Of a DNA stretch of 64,000 bases, positions 1 through 13,689 are shown one piece after another. The notes under the pieces were generated by a model. The model had not been told where the DNA came from. It was given only the letters and a program-made list of their open reading frames with translations, and searched no databases. The stretch comes from Octopus sinensis (taxonomy: Eukaryota): the NCBI RefSeq assembly GCF_006345805.1, contig NC_042998.1:154752001-154816000 (forward strand), in the 5' to 3' direction. A program made the position numbers and the translations under genes. The stretch's first letter is position 1. Every line of letters begins with the position of its first letter.

Positions 1-499
1 GATGAAGGGCTGAGGAAGACATGCACATAGGACTAAGCGGCGATGGAGAGAGATTACGGTGGAGGGAAGGCACAGTTATTATAGTAGGAACTGTAACGGT
101 ATGTGTTAATTGTATGTTTTGATATGTGAAGAAAAAAAGAAGGAAAGAGTTGTGGTATTTATGTAAAAAAAGAATCGATGTAAAAGAGAACTGTGTAATG
201 AACATTGTTTATGTTGTTGATGGTTATAAAGAAAAGGCTAAAGAGAACTGTTGTAGTCTTTAATGAACATTGAACTGTATATGCCTTTAATGTGATTTGA
301 ACTGTAACGTTAATGTGATTTGAAACAGAACTGTTGTCTCCGGACTGTTATATTGTATCTGCATGTTTAAATGCTTTGATCTGTTGTATACCTGTTTCTT
401 GATTTGTTGTTTTCTTTAAATGCTGTTGTTATTGCATTTGATGTGTTGTTACTTGCATGTATTTCCTCTTTGATGTATCTGATATGTATTTGATGTTGT

Positions 500-1660
500 A
501 ACAATTATAAAGTGTTATAAACTAGTACGTTAAATGTAAGCCAATTGCCTTCCGCTGTGTTTCTTTGTGCCTCTGTGTCTCTTCCTGCAGCAGCTGTTAT
601 AGTTGTTGTCTCTCTCCTCTCTGAGTTCCGTGGCGAACACTCGCCGATCGATTCGAGCCTGGTCAATCGTCGTCGCTCGACTTGTTGGGATCCCGGGTTC
701 GAGTTTGAGCGACGGCAGGTGGGATTCCGTAACAGCTTTCGTCGGAGGTCCCGTAACAATATATTTAAAATTGACACTCCCCTCGTCGGGATGCTTTTTA
801 CACACAACACATCGTTTCTTTATTACCCATAAAGGGCTACACAGAGGGGACAATACAAACATTGGGGACATAAAACATCACAATTACATTTTCATATTTC
901 ATTCTCCGTCAACATTAGGAGGTATCCCCTCCTCCCTGATCCGAGTAGTTTTTCTATGAGGGCAGAAGGAACATCTTTTCTGTCTTCACCGTTCTCGCTG
1001 CCATTTTCCTCGCCACACTTTCATTCTTGAATTGGACCACCACGGTACCGAAATTTATGCCTCTTGCCAAGAATATTATGTCTTCTTCCGTTCTTTTTAA
1101 TGCTTCTTCTATTGTTTCGATACCGACGATTCTATTTTCTTTTTTCCATTGGCATAAACCCGGTACGTGATGGTCCTTCGTTCATGTCACTCTCCTCGTT
1201 TTGGTGGCGGTGACAACTCCACTTCACCGCCGACCTTTTTAATAAATGCCTGGTAGCTTGGCAACTTGGCCAAGTCTATTTCTCTTTCCTCCGTTCTTGT
1301 CGCTCCTGCGTATGTGTTGCCTAATTGCTTGTCCATTTTCTTTATCGCCTTTTCAAGTTCTTCTTCAGAAGTTGATTAATCCGACACACTTTCGTACATC
1401 TCTCCCTTAGGGAGGGGCAGCCACTTCTTCCTTGTCTGTCTCAACACAGACAGACAAAAAACCAAAAAGCCGTGTAACAATAACGTTTAACGATAAAAAT
1501 TAACAATCAACAATTAAACAGCAACTCACAGGTTCAAATAAGAAGCACAATAACACACAACACATAGTACACGGAAACAAATGCACAATTACATACCTGC
1601 TACATGCGAAAGACCAGACATTACGTACTCCCAAAAATTCTCATAGATACTGAATGCTAC
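500..1660 (-). mobile_element. Decayed 5' part of a non-LTR element: 5' UTR plus gag-like ORF1 (RRM-like segment, broken CCHC knuckle); no ORF2 seen
   Basis: Manual minus-strand translation gives IIFLARGINFGTVVVQFKNESVARK...KTTRIREEGIPPNV and RCVVCKKH..RGECQ with stops and frameshifts. It is homologous to the ORF at 19.7-20.2 kb, and both start with TAGCATT(C/A)AGTATCTAT. Confidence 0.55.
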
Positions 1661-2253
1661 TTTATAAGCATATAATTCAATCTAGCAGCTATAGTAACTG
1701 GACTAATTCACTTCTGCACTCAATTAAATTTTTTATCTTTTAATTTCTCCCATTCATGCAAAGCCACATATTCAAGTTCAAGTCCTTGATACATTTTATA
1801 CTAATTGCTATTTTTTCTTTTAATTGTTATATTACGATTTAATTACCATTTTAAAATAAAATATATTTAATTACTACTTACTACATTTACTATATTTAAT
1901 TCAATTATTACCTCTAACTTTTATCGCAATTTTTATTTCTAAATTTCTTATGGAACATCGAGTGGTTCTTATACGTACAATATATTTTTATATGATGTTT
2001 ATATATTTATATATTACTATATATTTCCAAGCGTCGGGCTTTATGTCTGCTCTGTAGATATAAATGAATATATGAATATATGTATGTGTTTGATCTTTCT
2101 GTGGATTTTGTAGTGCTCTTGTAGTTGCTGCTCGCATTGCCTCCCCTCGGATTAAAAAGTGTATACAGCTCATCTGAGCACTGCTATTCCAGTCTGTTAT
2201 ATATTTTGAGCGTTGTTGTCACTAACGATCTCAAGATATAACTTTATATTTTG

Positions 2254-2299
<46 letters not shown>

Positions 2300-2309
2300 C
2301 CATATACAT

Positions 2310-2547
2310 ACAGTGGAGAGATTTTTTGTTTCACTTTTATCACGTAATACTAAAATAGTGGAGAAGATATGATATTGCTGTGGGCTCGCTCTAGGCAAAG
2401 AAGTTAAACATTTTTTTGCCCATGACACTACATGGACCCTAAGTAAGGCATGTGTAAAATTTGAATGAAATTGGTTGTGTAGTTCTCAAGTTTTAAGGAA
2501 ACACACAGACAGACAGACACACATTCTCAGTTTTATATATAGAGAGA
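2310..2547 (-). mobile_element. 5' part of a non-autonomous Helitron-like repeat
   Basis: Minus strand starts A|TCTCTCTATATATAAAACTGAGAATGTGTGTCTG. Same sequence occurs at ~18.79-19.05 kb (+) and 61.83-62.12 kb (-). The 18.8-kb copy ends in a hairpin + CTAG. Confidence 0.55.
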
Positions 2548-2661
2548 TAAGATTGATAAACTTATATTGATAAATCCATAGAAATTCCTTGGTAAAAGAG
2601 TCATAAAAATTAGAGCTCCTTTATAAATTGTATATTCTGCATTATTTTCGTTTAAAAACAC

Positions 2662-3106
2662 TGTAATAGGATGAGAGTTCAGGAACACTGGAGGGGTGTC
2701 CGATCTGATCTTGTCACATACAATTTAAGTTGAATAAACGGAGACAAAGTCAGGCGGTCTTCGACAACAGTGGTGGTTTATTCTCGGTTACAGGTAAGAA
2801 CTAATGCACGTGTATCTCTAGTAGGAAAGCCGGCAGCCGAATCCGCAGGACTGGTTGCGATGCTTTCTTGTTGTGAGTCAAGACGATTCGTCGGTTCGCT
2901 CCCGCTTCGTTGGGATGAGCTTCTCTGAGTGAAAGTCAAGCCACGTCCGACCGCTAGCGCTGCTCATGCCAGAAAGACTTGAATTAGCGGTCAGGCTTTT
3001 AGGTTTCAGTTCCTGCACATGCGCATAAGGAAAACTTCCGGTGGCCAACCGGAAGTAATCCAATTTTGCGCATGTGAGCTGAAACTTACACAGTAGCGTC
3101 ACTACA
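2662..3106 (-). repeat. 3' LTR of the Gypsy element (445 bp)
   Basis: TG...CA termini, adjacent PPT; its end matches 5662-5739. Confidence 0.85.
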
Positions 3107-3316
3107 TGGCTCCCCCTCGAGTGCTGAAGCACGAAACAAGAAAATCGTAGTGGCTGCAGAAAACAAGATGGCTGCCGATCCCCCAGAAGATGAGGTACAC
3201 AATATGACAGAAAATTGAAATGCAAAAGAATATATAACATGCACAAAATTTGTTTTTCTTTTTTGTCTCTTCACAATTGTCCAAGAGTAAAACATGAAAT
3301 TGAAAAGAACAGAAAG

Positions 3317-5549
3317 TCAAATATAAATTGTTTTTGAAAGTCTCTTGGGCCAATGAACAGTTCTGCCCGATCTGGTAATATACGGTGTGCTCGGGGCACC
3401 CGTCGACGGCGAAGGTGGCGTTGTAGGAGCTGGTAAAGGCAAAGGTGTCTGTGTAGGTGAAAGTGTTGTCAAAGGTGCATAGGTGGGTGTGGAAACGGTG
3501 TCATCAAGAGATGAAGACACCTCAAAATGTGCTTTTTTTAGTCGATCCACTGAAACGGTCTCCGCATGACCATTCATTTCGATGGTGAAAACCTTAGGTG
3601 TGCGAGTAAGCACATGGAAAGGTCCTTTATAAGGAGAAACAACAGATCGCCTTGACAGAGTCGTCCCGAACAAAAACATGCGACCAAGTGTCCATATCCG
3701 GTGGGGATGAGATGGTGGAGATTGTTTCCTGGAAACCATGGGCGGAAGATTTGAAAAATAGGAACTCAGTCTGGCGACATAGGACGCCGGATCATGGGGC
3801 TGTGAAGTGTCTGGCACCAACATCGTACCAGGAAATGCAAGTGTGGTACCATACAGTAGCTCTGCAGAAGAAAAACCCAGGTCTGCCTTGACATCAGTAC
3901 GACAACCGAGAAGCACAATTGGCAGAAATTCAGTCCAAGACTGTGAATCTGAAGAGGCACGAAGAGCGGCCTTGAGCAGTCTATGGAACCGTTCAACTAA
4001 TCCATTAGACGCTGGATGGTAACTGGTAGTGTGAATATGATGCACACCTAGAATGCGCGACAATTCACGAAATAATGAAGCTTCAAACTGACGTCCACGA
4101 TCAGTAGTCAATCTGGACGGAACTCCGAAATGGGAAATCCAGTTAGAAACAAAGGCTCGAGCAACAGACTCAGCAGAAATGTCTGCTATCGGAATAGCTT
4201 CTGGCCAACGGGAGAAACGATCGACACAAGTTAAAAGATAAGAAAACCCGCGACTCACAGGCCATGGTCCAACCAGATCAATGTGGACATGGCGAAAACG
4301 GGCCTCCGTAGGGGGAAAATGTCCAAGTGGGGCACGAACGTGCCGTTGAATCTTGGACCGTTGACACTTGGAGCAAGTGCGTGTCCAAGAAGTAATAGTA
4401 CGATGCATATTCGGCCAGAAAAACCGAGCAGTGATAAGCTTAAGGGTAGCAGCGATGCCAGGATGTGATAAGGAGTGCAGTGCCTCAAACACTGAGCGTT
4501 GATGATTCTCAGGCACGAGTGACCTGGGAGAACCAGTGGAAGTATCACAAAGAATGGTACCTTCGGCTGACGGAAGCGGAAGATAGGCAAACTGGCAACA
4601 GGAGAACTTAAGCGAAGTTAAGTTTAACGACGCCAAAAGGTGGCTGCTCCTGCGAAATGGCAGTTAAGTCGATAGTAGCAGGAGACGAAAGAGCGCAGAC
4701 TGGAAGGCGAGAGAGAGCGTCAGCAGGAACGTTCTCTTTTCCAGGTAAGTGACGAATGTCACTAGTAAATTGTGAAATCCAAGTGACAGAAAGCATGAGG
4801 CGAGAGTTTGTCCGTTTTAGATGACAGGGCAAACGTAAGAGGCTTGTGATCCGTATAGATCACAAAATCTCGACCTTCAAGTTGATGCTGGAAATGACGA
4901 ACCGATAGATAGACCGCTAGGAGCTCACGATCAAAAGTGCTGTATCGTCGTTCAGCTGGTTGCAGTTGGCGGGAAAAAAAAGCCAGAGGTCGAGTATGAT
5001 CGTCCACTGTGTGTTGTAACACAGCGCCAATCGCAGTGTCCGATGCGTCTACAGTTAAAGAGAGAGAAGCACCAGGAACCGGATGTGCAAGCAAAGAAAC
5101 AGAAGCTAGATCCTTCTTAATGGACTCAAAAGCTGTCAGTGTCTCAACAGAGAGGGTGACTTGACCGTCCTTTCTAGGAGTGTCCTTTAATAGCCTGGTG
5201 AGAGGAAGTAGCTTATCTGCACAACCGGGAATAAAACGTCTGTAGAAATTGATCATCCCTAGATAATGCCTGAGCTGGTGCAAAGAAGTGGGAGGTGCGA
5301 TGCATTGAATGGCATCGACCTTTGACGACAGAGGTCTGATTCCACTCGAATCAATATGATGACCTAGAAAATCTAGAGAAGAGCGTTCGAAAACACACTT
5401 GTCGGGATTTATACGTATACTATAAGCGCGAAGACGCTGAAAAAGCTGAGAAAGGTGCCAGAGATGATTTTCACGTGTGTTGCTCGCAATGAGTATATCA
5501 TCGACATAGGCAAACACAAAATCAAGACCGCGGACAACCTCATCAATGA
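3317..5549 (-). pseudogene. Gypsy pol (RT C-half, RNase H, integrase), frameshifted
   Basis: ORFs 4762-5592 (AYVDDILIAS; LTVDASD...RYSTFDRELLA), 4608-4832 and 3317-4636 (HSLSHPG..CSKC; HVHIDLVGP; TSYHPASNGLVERFHR). Confidence 0.92.
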
Positions 5550-5759
5550 GTTTCGGTTTGCGGAATGCTACCAGCACCTTCCAGTGCTTCATTGATGAGG
5601 TTGTCCGCGGTCTTGATTTTGTGTTTGCCTATGTCGATGATATATATTTCTTTATTGCCCACAATTACTTCCGGTTGGCCACCGGAAGTTTTCCAATTCT
5701 GCGCATGTGCGCTGAAACTTACACAGTAGCGTCACTACAACACCTTTCAGTTTTTATGG

Positions 5760-5900
5760 ATAAAGCTGTAATTCATAGAGCATGACTTCCTCATTCTCTC
5801 AGCACTTCAGAATTACATTTATAAACCTAAGAGCTTCACAATGATTACAGAGAATATTCATATCACCAATGTTGTAAATTTCAACCATATGTTTACAAGT
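5760..5900 (-). mobile_element. Possible remnant of a Helitron RepHel N-terminal Zn-finger region
   Basis: Manual translation MVEIYNIGDMNILCNHCEALRF resembles the IG.M...C.HC.AL.F motif of RepHel proteins. Short and decayed. Confidence 0.35.
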
Positions 5901-6899
5901 TTTTTGTTGCTCTCTCTCATTTTCATTTTATATTCTATCTTGAACTGGTTTTTTTTATTTTCTGTTGTAAATACTCTCTTTGAATCATATATTTCTTTCT
6001 ATACACTGATGCTCCCATGCTTGTTCTAGTAATTTGACCATCTGCTTCTCTTTATGTCATGGCCCACACTGTCTTGTTAGCTTACATTGTCATTCATATT
6101 TTATAAACATATGTCAATTTTCAAGTGAGTAGACAATAAATAGTTGCACTTAAGATTTAAAAAGATGTACACTCTTCACTATTCATCCACCACTCCTATT
6201 TGATGCTTTTTTGATGCACCATATTTGATGCTTTTTAGTTGTATTTGATCATTCATTTTATGTCTGTTAACATGAGTTAACTGTGGATACCATATTATTG
6301 AAACATTGCTTCTCAGTTGGACACCTTTCCTGTCACTAGCCCTTAACTAATTTTCAAGTGAGTTTTTTAAAATTTCCAATGTCATTAAAATCACAGTACT
6401 AGTGGGCAATAGTGTCTACAAAAATTTGTCTACAAAGTTTACCATTTGTAGTGAGATGCATAATGTAAACATTCACATAACATACACATGCACACACATA
6501 TATCCATATACATATTCATATCTCCATACATACATTTATATGTATGTATGAAGATATGAATGTGTATATATGAGATATGAATGTGTAATGAGATATGAAT
6601 GTGTGTGCATGTGTATGTTATGTGAATGTTCTCTTCGATTTTTAATTATTTGAATTCTTCCTCAGAGAAAGGACCTGGTTTCTTATAAAGACACAAAGCT
6701 CCATTGCCAGACGAACATCCTTCAAAGAAGTCCTGGCTGAGAAATGCTCAGCATACATGGGTATGTTGCCAACAATTTGAAGACGACTTTAAATGTTGCC
6801 ACTCTTGAAGGTTTTGCATAAGCAATGTCACATTTATCTTCACTGCCCCCTTACAGATTATGTTTGAAACGTGTGAGTTTAACTGTCTGATTTTTTTTT

Positions 6900-7915
6900 C
6901 TGATCCCCCCCCCCACCAGCTTATCCAAATTGTTACTTAGGTATTTGCAAGTGCACCAGTTATTGTTGGTATAAATGTGAATTTATTAACTGGAGGTTTC
7001 AAAGTAGCTGTCCATAGTTGTCATCTTTTTCTTAGATTTTCAAAAGTGATATTTTCATCAGCAGAGTAGGTGACCTCTATGATGGTACATACTTTTTCTT
7101 GTCTGTCCCAAACAATAATAACAGAAGTTTTGATGGGAATGTTCCATCAATATTTCAAGTGTTGGTGCTCGCATATGTGTTCAATAGCAAGATAGTTTTT
7201 TTCCTGAATGGCATTGTCTAACACTTTTGGGTAGCTACTAGCCACGTGTGATGTCTTACACAGAATCATGATATAATCTACATTTCCAATTGCATCTTGG
7301 AGCTCCAAGAGTTTTGCTGTCTCATTTGTTTATTAGATGTTTTGTAGCAATCTCCTGTTCTTGGGTTGCAAATGCATTACCCCCAAGAGAGGCTACACTT
7401 AAAGTCTTCTTCAAATTTTTGGGAACATACCAATGAATAGCCTTTTTTTTTTTTTGGTATGCTGAGCATACCCCATCCAGGTCTTCTTTGAGGTATGCTA
7501 GTCTGGTTGATTTGGGGTTGTATGGGAGGTCATCAGAAAGTGAGTGTGCTCCTGAGGAGCTCACTACCAGCACATAGGATGTTGTTCCTTTTACTTTTCA
7601 GCAATAAGGTTACATATTTGCTTTTGCTGCTGTACTTTAGCAGATACTGTCTGAGAGAGGCTTCATGATGTTTGAAGGCTGTTTGCTCTCATATCAAGTT
7701 TCTACCTCCTTCATCTTTTCTTAGCCTGTTGATATTGCTTCTGTGGACTTCCATAGTTGATGTCAGGATCTTGTGGGTTTTAATGTTTATGCAGAGGATT
7801 TCCTCTACAGACCAGTCAAGTATCCCAAATGTTGGAATCAGTGCTGGTGCTGCAAATGTATTGTGGGATATCTTGTAAGAAGTGAGTTTCGACACAAATT
7901 TTCTAAGTCTAGTCT
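6900..7915 (-). mobile_element. Decayed R4/Dong-like (restriction-like endonuclease) non-LTR fragment
   Basis: NTFAAPALIPTFGILDWS..EGGR (7689-7895), FATQEQEIATKHL (7322-7573), then KVCTIIEVT..ADENI and FIPTITGAL with stops. Confidence 0.72.
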
Positions 7916-7934
7916 AATATTCTTTATTCCCAGC

Positions 7935-8995
7935 TGTATGTATGTATGTATGCATGCATGCATGCATGCATGCATGCATGTATGTATGTATGTATGTATG
8001 TATGTATGTATGTATGTATGTATGTATGTATGTATGTATGGATGGATGGATGGATGGACGGGTGGGTGGATGGAGTGATGGACTCTAGGATAATTACCAC
8101 TGGGAACATTACCTATAAGAAAAAATTGCCACTGGAAACATTGCCCATGTGTGAAGAATGCCACTGGGAAACTGACCAGGTAGGAGCATTGCCACTGGGA
8201 AGTATTCAGCAAAATTTTACTTTCAGACGTGTGGACAATTATAAATGGAATACATGTGTTTGTGTATATATATATATATGTGTGTGTTAGTATAGAAGTA
8301 TATGTATATGGATGTTTAGATGTGTGAGTGTATACACCTGCATGTGTGTGAGTGTATGTATGTGTGTATACGTGCATGTGCATATATATGTGCGTATATA
8401 TATCTGTGTGTGTGTGCATATATACATACATATGTGCATATGTATATATGTGTATATATGTGTGGGTATATATATGTTCATATATGTGTGTCTGTATATC
8501 TGTGTGTCTGTATATGTGTGTGCATGTATATGTGTGTGTGTATATATATATATATACACTCACACATATATATATACACACACATATATATATGTACACA
8601 CACACTCACACATATACACACACACTCACATATATATACACACACACATATATATATACACACATATGCTCACACATATATACACATAAGCTCATACATA
8701 CATACATATATTATGTATATACACACACATACATACACTCATACATATATATATACACATACATGCACACATATATATATATGTACACACTCACACATAT
8801 ATACACACACGCATATACATATATATATATATATACACACACATATGAAAACACATATACACACACATATACACAAACACATGCATACACACACATACAT
8901 ATGCACACATATATACAAACATGTATACACACAGACACACACATATACGCTCACACATACACGTACACATATACATATACACACATATACAAGTG
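7935..8995. repeat. Compound microsatellites (TGTA/CATG/GGAT; TG/TA; CA/TA)
   Basis: Direct inspection. These produce the spurious CVYI/THTY ORFs. Confidence 0.95.
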
Positions 8996-9019
8996 ACTAA
9001 AGTGGACTGACTCACAGTT

Positions 9020-11820
9020 ATGAAATAAAGAACTGTGAATGACTGGCAGTTCGGGCTGGTCGCAGTTCACTGTGAATCATTGATGTAGAGTGTTGAGTCT
9101 CGTGTAATAGTAATAGTAGTGTGTCGTGTACATACTTTCTTCCTCTCTGCTTCGTTATATCATATATCCAATACAAGGATATAAAAGTGGTGATGAGTCA
9201 TTGGAAGCTTGTGTTGGACGTTTAAAATTTTTTTGATATGAGACCAACGAAAAAATCTTTATAAAATGGGAGACTAGTTGGCTTCTGTAGTGCAGTTACA
9301 ACAGCAACAGCAGCAACAGCAGCAGCAGCAACAACGACAACAAAATCAACAATTGTTGGAATTAATGTAGAAGGAGCCTGAAAATACTCACCAGTACTTT
9401 CCCCGAAGTTCTGTCCAATAAATTAGATTTGTGTACCAAAATAAAGGCATTGTTTCAAATACAAGAAAGGCCATACTAACATTTAAACAGAAACGAATGG
9501 TACCATTTGCAGTGTTAGAACAGATAAACTTAGAGTTAGAAAGACTAGAAAAAATTGAAGTTATCTAAAAAATGGAATATTCTAGATAGGCAGCACCAAC
9601 TGCGTATATTAAGAAAAAGAATATAAAATCAGAGTGTGCACTGATTTTTCCACGAATGTCTTAAAACATATCACTATCCATTACCTACTCCAGGAGATAT
9701 TTTTGTGAAATTAAACAGTGGCAAGATATTTTCTAAATTGGATCTTTCTGTCTACTTTACATTGTCTACTCTATAAATTAGAGTAGACAATGAATGCTCT
9801 AACTATTGACACATATAAAGAACTGTATAAATACAACAGGTTACCATTTGGTTTAAAAGTCACATCAGTTTCTTTTTCAACAGATTTATGGATGTAATGT
9901 TAGCGGACTGTGAATTTGCAATTCCATATCTGAATGATATACTCATTAAAAGCAAATCCAGGGATCAACATATAGAGCACGTAAAATATGTAATTAAAAA
10001 AAATTAGGGATTATGGTTTTACTTTGAGTGAAGAAAAGTGTGAATTTTTCTTGGAAATAGGATATTTAAGACAAATCATTGACAGAAATGGACATCAACC
10101 CTTCGACTAATATAGTGACCTTACAAGCATTTTTAGGATTAGCAAATTATTACCAAAATTATATTCCAAATATGCATAGTGTAATAATCTGTTGGAAAAA
10201 GATATGAAAAGGAATTGATTGGAAAATTGTCAAAAAATATTAATATCTAATATGTTGTTAGATTACTTCGATCCTGCAATGGAAATTGTTGTAGCTTTAG
10301 ACGTTTCTGAGTATGGTGTAGAAGCAATAAATATAAAGATGGTAACATGAAAGCAGTGGTTCATGCCTCGTTCTCTGATAGCAGCAGAGAAAAATTATAG
10401 TCAAATCGAGAAAGAAGCTCTAGCAATTAGTTTTGCCATGAAAAAATTTCACAGATTTTTACAGAGTACCCACTCTACTAATAGATTGCAATGCTAGGGT
10501 ACTATATTATTAAACTATGATTTCAAGATGGAGTATATACCATCCAAGAAATTAGGTCATGCAGATTGTCTATTGAGACTGTGATTGTGACTTTGCGAGC
10601 GGAGAATGAAATAAAAAGTGTTACTTTATAAGACATAAAATTAAGATAAGAAAACGAAAATTCATCATAAAAATGAAAGAAATACTGAAGGCTAAAAGAG
10701 ATAAAAATATGTTTAATACAAATGCGAACCATTTCTTACTATATGACAATATGTTGATGTATATTCAAATAGTAGTAGTGCCAGCCACATTACAAAAGTA
10801 ATTATTAAAGGAATTTCATATGGAATAAAAATCATTAATGAGAAGTTATGTATATTGGCCAACAATGGACTGTGACATTGAATAATCTGTGGAATCATGC
10901 AAAATCACTTACCACTAAATGACAACTGTGACCAGAAGCAGATGTTCCATGGGACAGACTACATATTGATTATGCAGTTCCACTCAAGGGCTTAGATTAC
11001 CTTGTAGTGGTGGATAATTTTTCAAAGTAGCTGGAAGTGCATCTCCGGTTGCAATAAGCTTTTTACATGAATTGTTCACCAGATATGGTATTCCTAATAC
11101 CATTGTGTTAGATAATGGAACTCAATTTACCTCAGACGACTTTTGAAAATTTTGCAAAATGTTTGTTATCGGACATGTCACTACTCCACCCTATTGTCCT
11201 TGGTCAAATGGACAAGTGGAGTATTTTGTTGATACTTTCAAGAAAAAAGCAAACAATGAAGTGATGGACGATTTTGCACTCCAACAATTTCTAAGGGTGT
11301 ACCAAGTAACACCTAATCCGTTTTTTTTAAACCTATAGATATGGTAAAGAAAGCTGGGAGGACAGTGTAATAATTAAACAAATTGGAAGAACGATAATCC
11401 TGGCAAAAGGAAAAATTATTGAATACAAAAGACATTAACCAGCTTAAGTAAAGATTCACAGAAAAAACAGTCATGAGAAATGTAATCCTGATGGATGTAT
11501 TGTATGACATGTTTGAGGTATCAATACACAAACAATTTAAAACTACATGCTCTAGCAGAAAAGAACAGAAACACTGGAATTGAACCCTAAGCATAAGAGA
11601 TATTAAAATTCAGAGCAGTGTTCAATTCTCAAGAGGGGAGAAGATAGGGGAAAACTGATTCTAAAAAGGGGTGAACAACTGGCAGTTCAGGTTTGTTAGT
11701 AGTTCACTGCGAGTCGTTGATGCAGAGTGCTGAGTTTTGTGTAATAAGTAGTAATAGTAGTGTGTCGTGTATATACTTTCTTCTCCGCTGCTTCATTATA
11801 TTATAAGGATATAAAACACA
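9020..11820 (+). mobile_element. Old Gypsy LTR element (K02A2.6-like pol remnants) with diverged LTRs
   Basis: Decayed HYPLPTP...FSKLDLS, YNRLPFGL, PYLNDILI, NYSQIEKEALAI, RLHIDYA and DNGTQFTS. Direct repeats 9020-9186 and ~11670-11820. PBS-like TGGTGATGAG (CpG-decayed TGGCGACGAG, tRNA-Ser GCU type). PPT-like AAGAGGGGAGAA at ~11632. Confidence 0.85.
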
Positions 11821-12048
11821 CTCACATGCACACATATATATACATACACACACATATATACACACACACACATATATATACACACACATATATATACACA
11901 CATATATATACACACATATATACCCACACATATACACACACACACTTGTATATACATTGAGATATATATTCACACACACATATATATACACATACAAATC
12001 TATACACAGACACATATATACACACATATACACATGTATGTATATATG

Positions 12049-12081
<33 letters not shown>

Positions 12082-12500
12082 TCACGTAATGCACACACAC
12101 ACACATGTATACACATACATATACACACACATATATGCAAACACATACATATGCATATACACACACTGATATATATATATAGACATACACTCATATATTT
12201 ACACAAACACACACATATATATATACACATATACACATACATATATACACACACAAGTATACACAGACACATACATGCACACATAAATACACACATATAC
12301 ACACACATATATACACACGTACACACACAAATACACATATACACACACATACACACACATATATACATGCATACTCACACATACATATATACACACATAT
12401 ATATATACACACATATATATACATACACACATATACATATACACACATACACACACACACATACATACACATGTATATATACATGCAAACATACATACAC
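11820..12500. repeat. CA/TA microsatellite block
   Basis: Direct inspection. Confidence 0.95.
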
Positions 12501-12789
12501 ATGCATATATTCCATTTATAATTGTAGATGGGCGTGAAGTAAAATTTTACTGAATTACAGTTGCAATGCTCCCACTAGCAATTTTCCTAGTGGCAATATT
12601 CACACAAGGGCAATGTTCCAAGTGGCAATTTTCCCACATGGACAATGTTCCCAGTGGAAATTTTCCCAGTGGCAATTGCCCATGCACAGTATGTCTGCCT
12701 GTCTGTCTGTATGTATGTATGTATGTATGTATGCATGCATGCATGCAGGTAGGAAGGTAGGTAGGTAGGTAGGTAGGTACGTATGTACG

Positions 12790-12950
12790 TACACAAATCA
12801 GGCTTTGTATAGTTTCTGTCCATTAAATTCATTCACAAGACTATATATAGAAGATACTTGCTCAAGGTGTAAAGTAGTGAGAATGAACTTGAAGCCACAT
12901 ATTTGAGAAACAAACGACTAAGGTATTTTATTCATTGTCCAAGATAAAAA
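12790..12950 (-). mobile_element. Degenerate tRNA-derived SINE fragment
   Basis: ATAGAAGATACTTGCTCAAGG...GAACTTGAAGCCAC resembles the common octopus SINE head/core in reverse. Confidence 0.45.
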
Positions 12951-12974
12951 CAATAATAATAAAAATAATAAAAA

Positions 12975-13560
12975 CTTCATAATCGAAGCTTATTGGCCTG
13001 GAACAAAGTCAATGGGATGAAAAATGGAGTTGACCCAAAGTGCCAATTCCACAATGATGAGATTGAAACAATGGACCACATAATTGCTGGATGTAAAGTT
13101 TTTGCACCAGTGGAGTATAAATCAAGACATGACAGAGTTGGCCAATATCTAGACTGGTTAATATACCAGCAATATAAAATCAAAACTACTGACAAATGAT
13201 ATAAGCACCATCCTGAAACCATAACTGAGGGAGAAACTGTAATAATTTGGGACTTTTAGTACAAACAGATAGAACTATCAAAACCAATAAGCCGAATATT
13301 TTGTGAAAAACCAAAACAATAAAGTCTGTTTATTGATCAACAGCAGCCTTCTTTGTGATCATAATATGTCGGCAAAAGAATTAAAAAACCTCGGAAAATA
13401 TAAAGATTTGTTCATTGAAATTGAAAAAATGTGGCCTCTCAAAGTGGCTATGATACCAGCGATTGTAGAACTTGGAATGATCAAAAAAAGAAACTGAAAA
13501 TTATTTGAAAATGACCCCTGGTTTACCATCGATGCAAGAAGTGCAAAAGCACCCATTACA
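12975..13560 (+). mobile_element. R4/Dong-like LINE 3' fragment: CCHC knuckle + REL endonuclease
   Basis: PKCQFHNDEIETMDHIIAGCKVFAPVEYKSRHDRVG, IWDF..QTDRTIKTNKP, KYKDLFIEIEKMW. Confidence 0.8.
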
Positions 13561-13689
13561 CTATTGGAGTAGGGTGCTCAGCCATAGAAACATGCTAAAT
13601 CTGATTGGGACCTGGAGCAGCTCTCCAGTTTACTAGTTTCAGTCAAACTGTCTAACCCATGCCAGCATGGAAAGCAGGTGCTAAATAAT

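Larger units (their letters stand above)
2662..5739 (-). mobile_element. Ty3/Gypsy LTR retrotransposon, internally deleted and rearranged
   Basis: RT (YVDD), RNase H and integrase ORFs. PPT GAGGGGGAGCCA precedes the 3' LTR TGTAGTGA...ATTACA (2662-3106). A 78-bp remnant of the 5' LTR lies at ~5662-5739. 4-bp TSD ACAC on both sides (2658-2661, 5740-5743). Confidence 0.93.
8088..12686. mobile_element. Probable foldback/MITE-type DNA transposon with ~170-190-bp inverted ends, containing a Gypsy insertion
   Basis: 8088-8260 (TTGCCACTGGGAA subrepeats...AAAATTTTACT..ACAATTATAAATGGAAT) is the imperfect reverse complement of 12490-12686. No TSD found. Confidence 0.5.

Noticed and set aside
1-120. Similarity to the 59.75-59.8 kb LTR end (GAGAGATTACGGT)
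   Set aside because: The match is too short and cut by the window edge to call an LTR.
7773-12832. Many long ORFs rich in C/V/Y/I or T/H/Y (also at 31, 41-42, 60 and 62 kb)
   Set aside because: They are translations of TA/TG/CA microsatellites, not genes.
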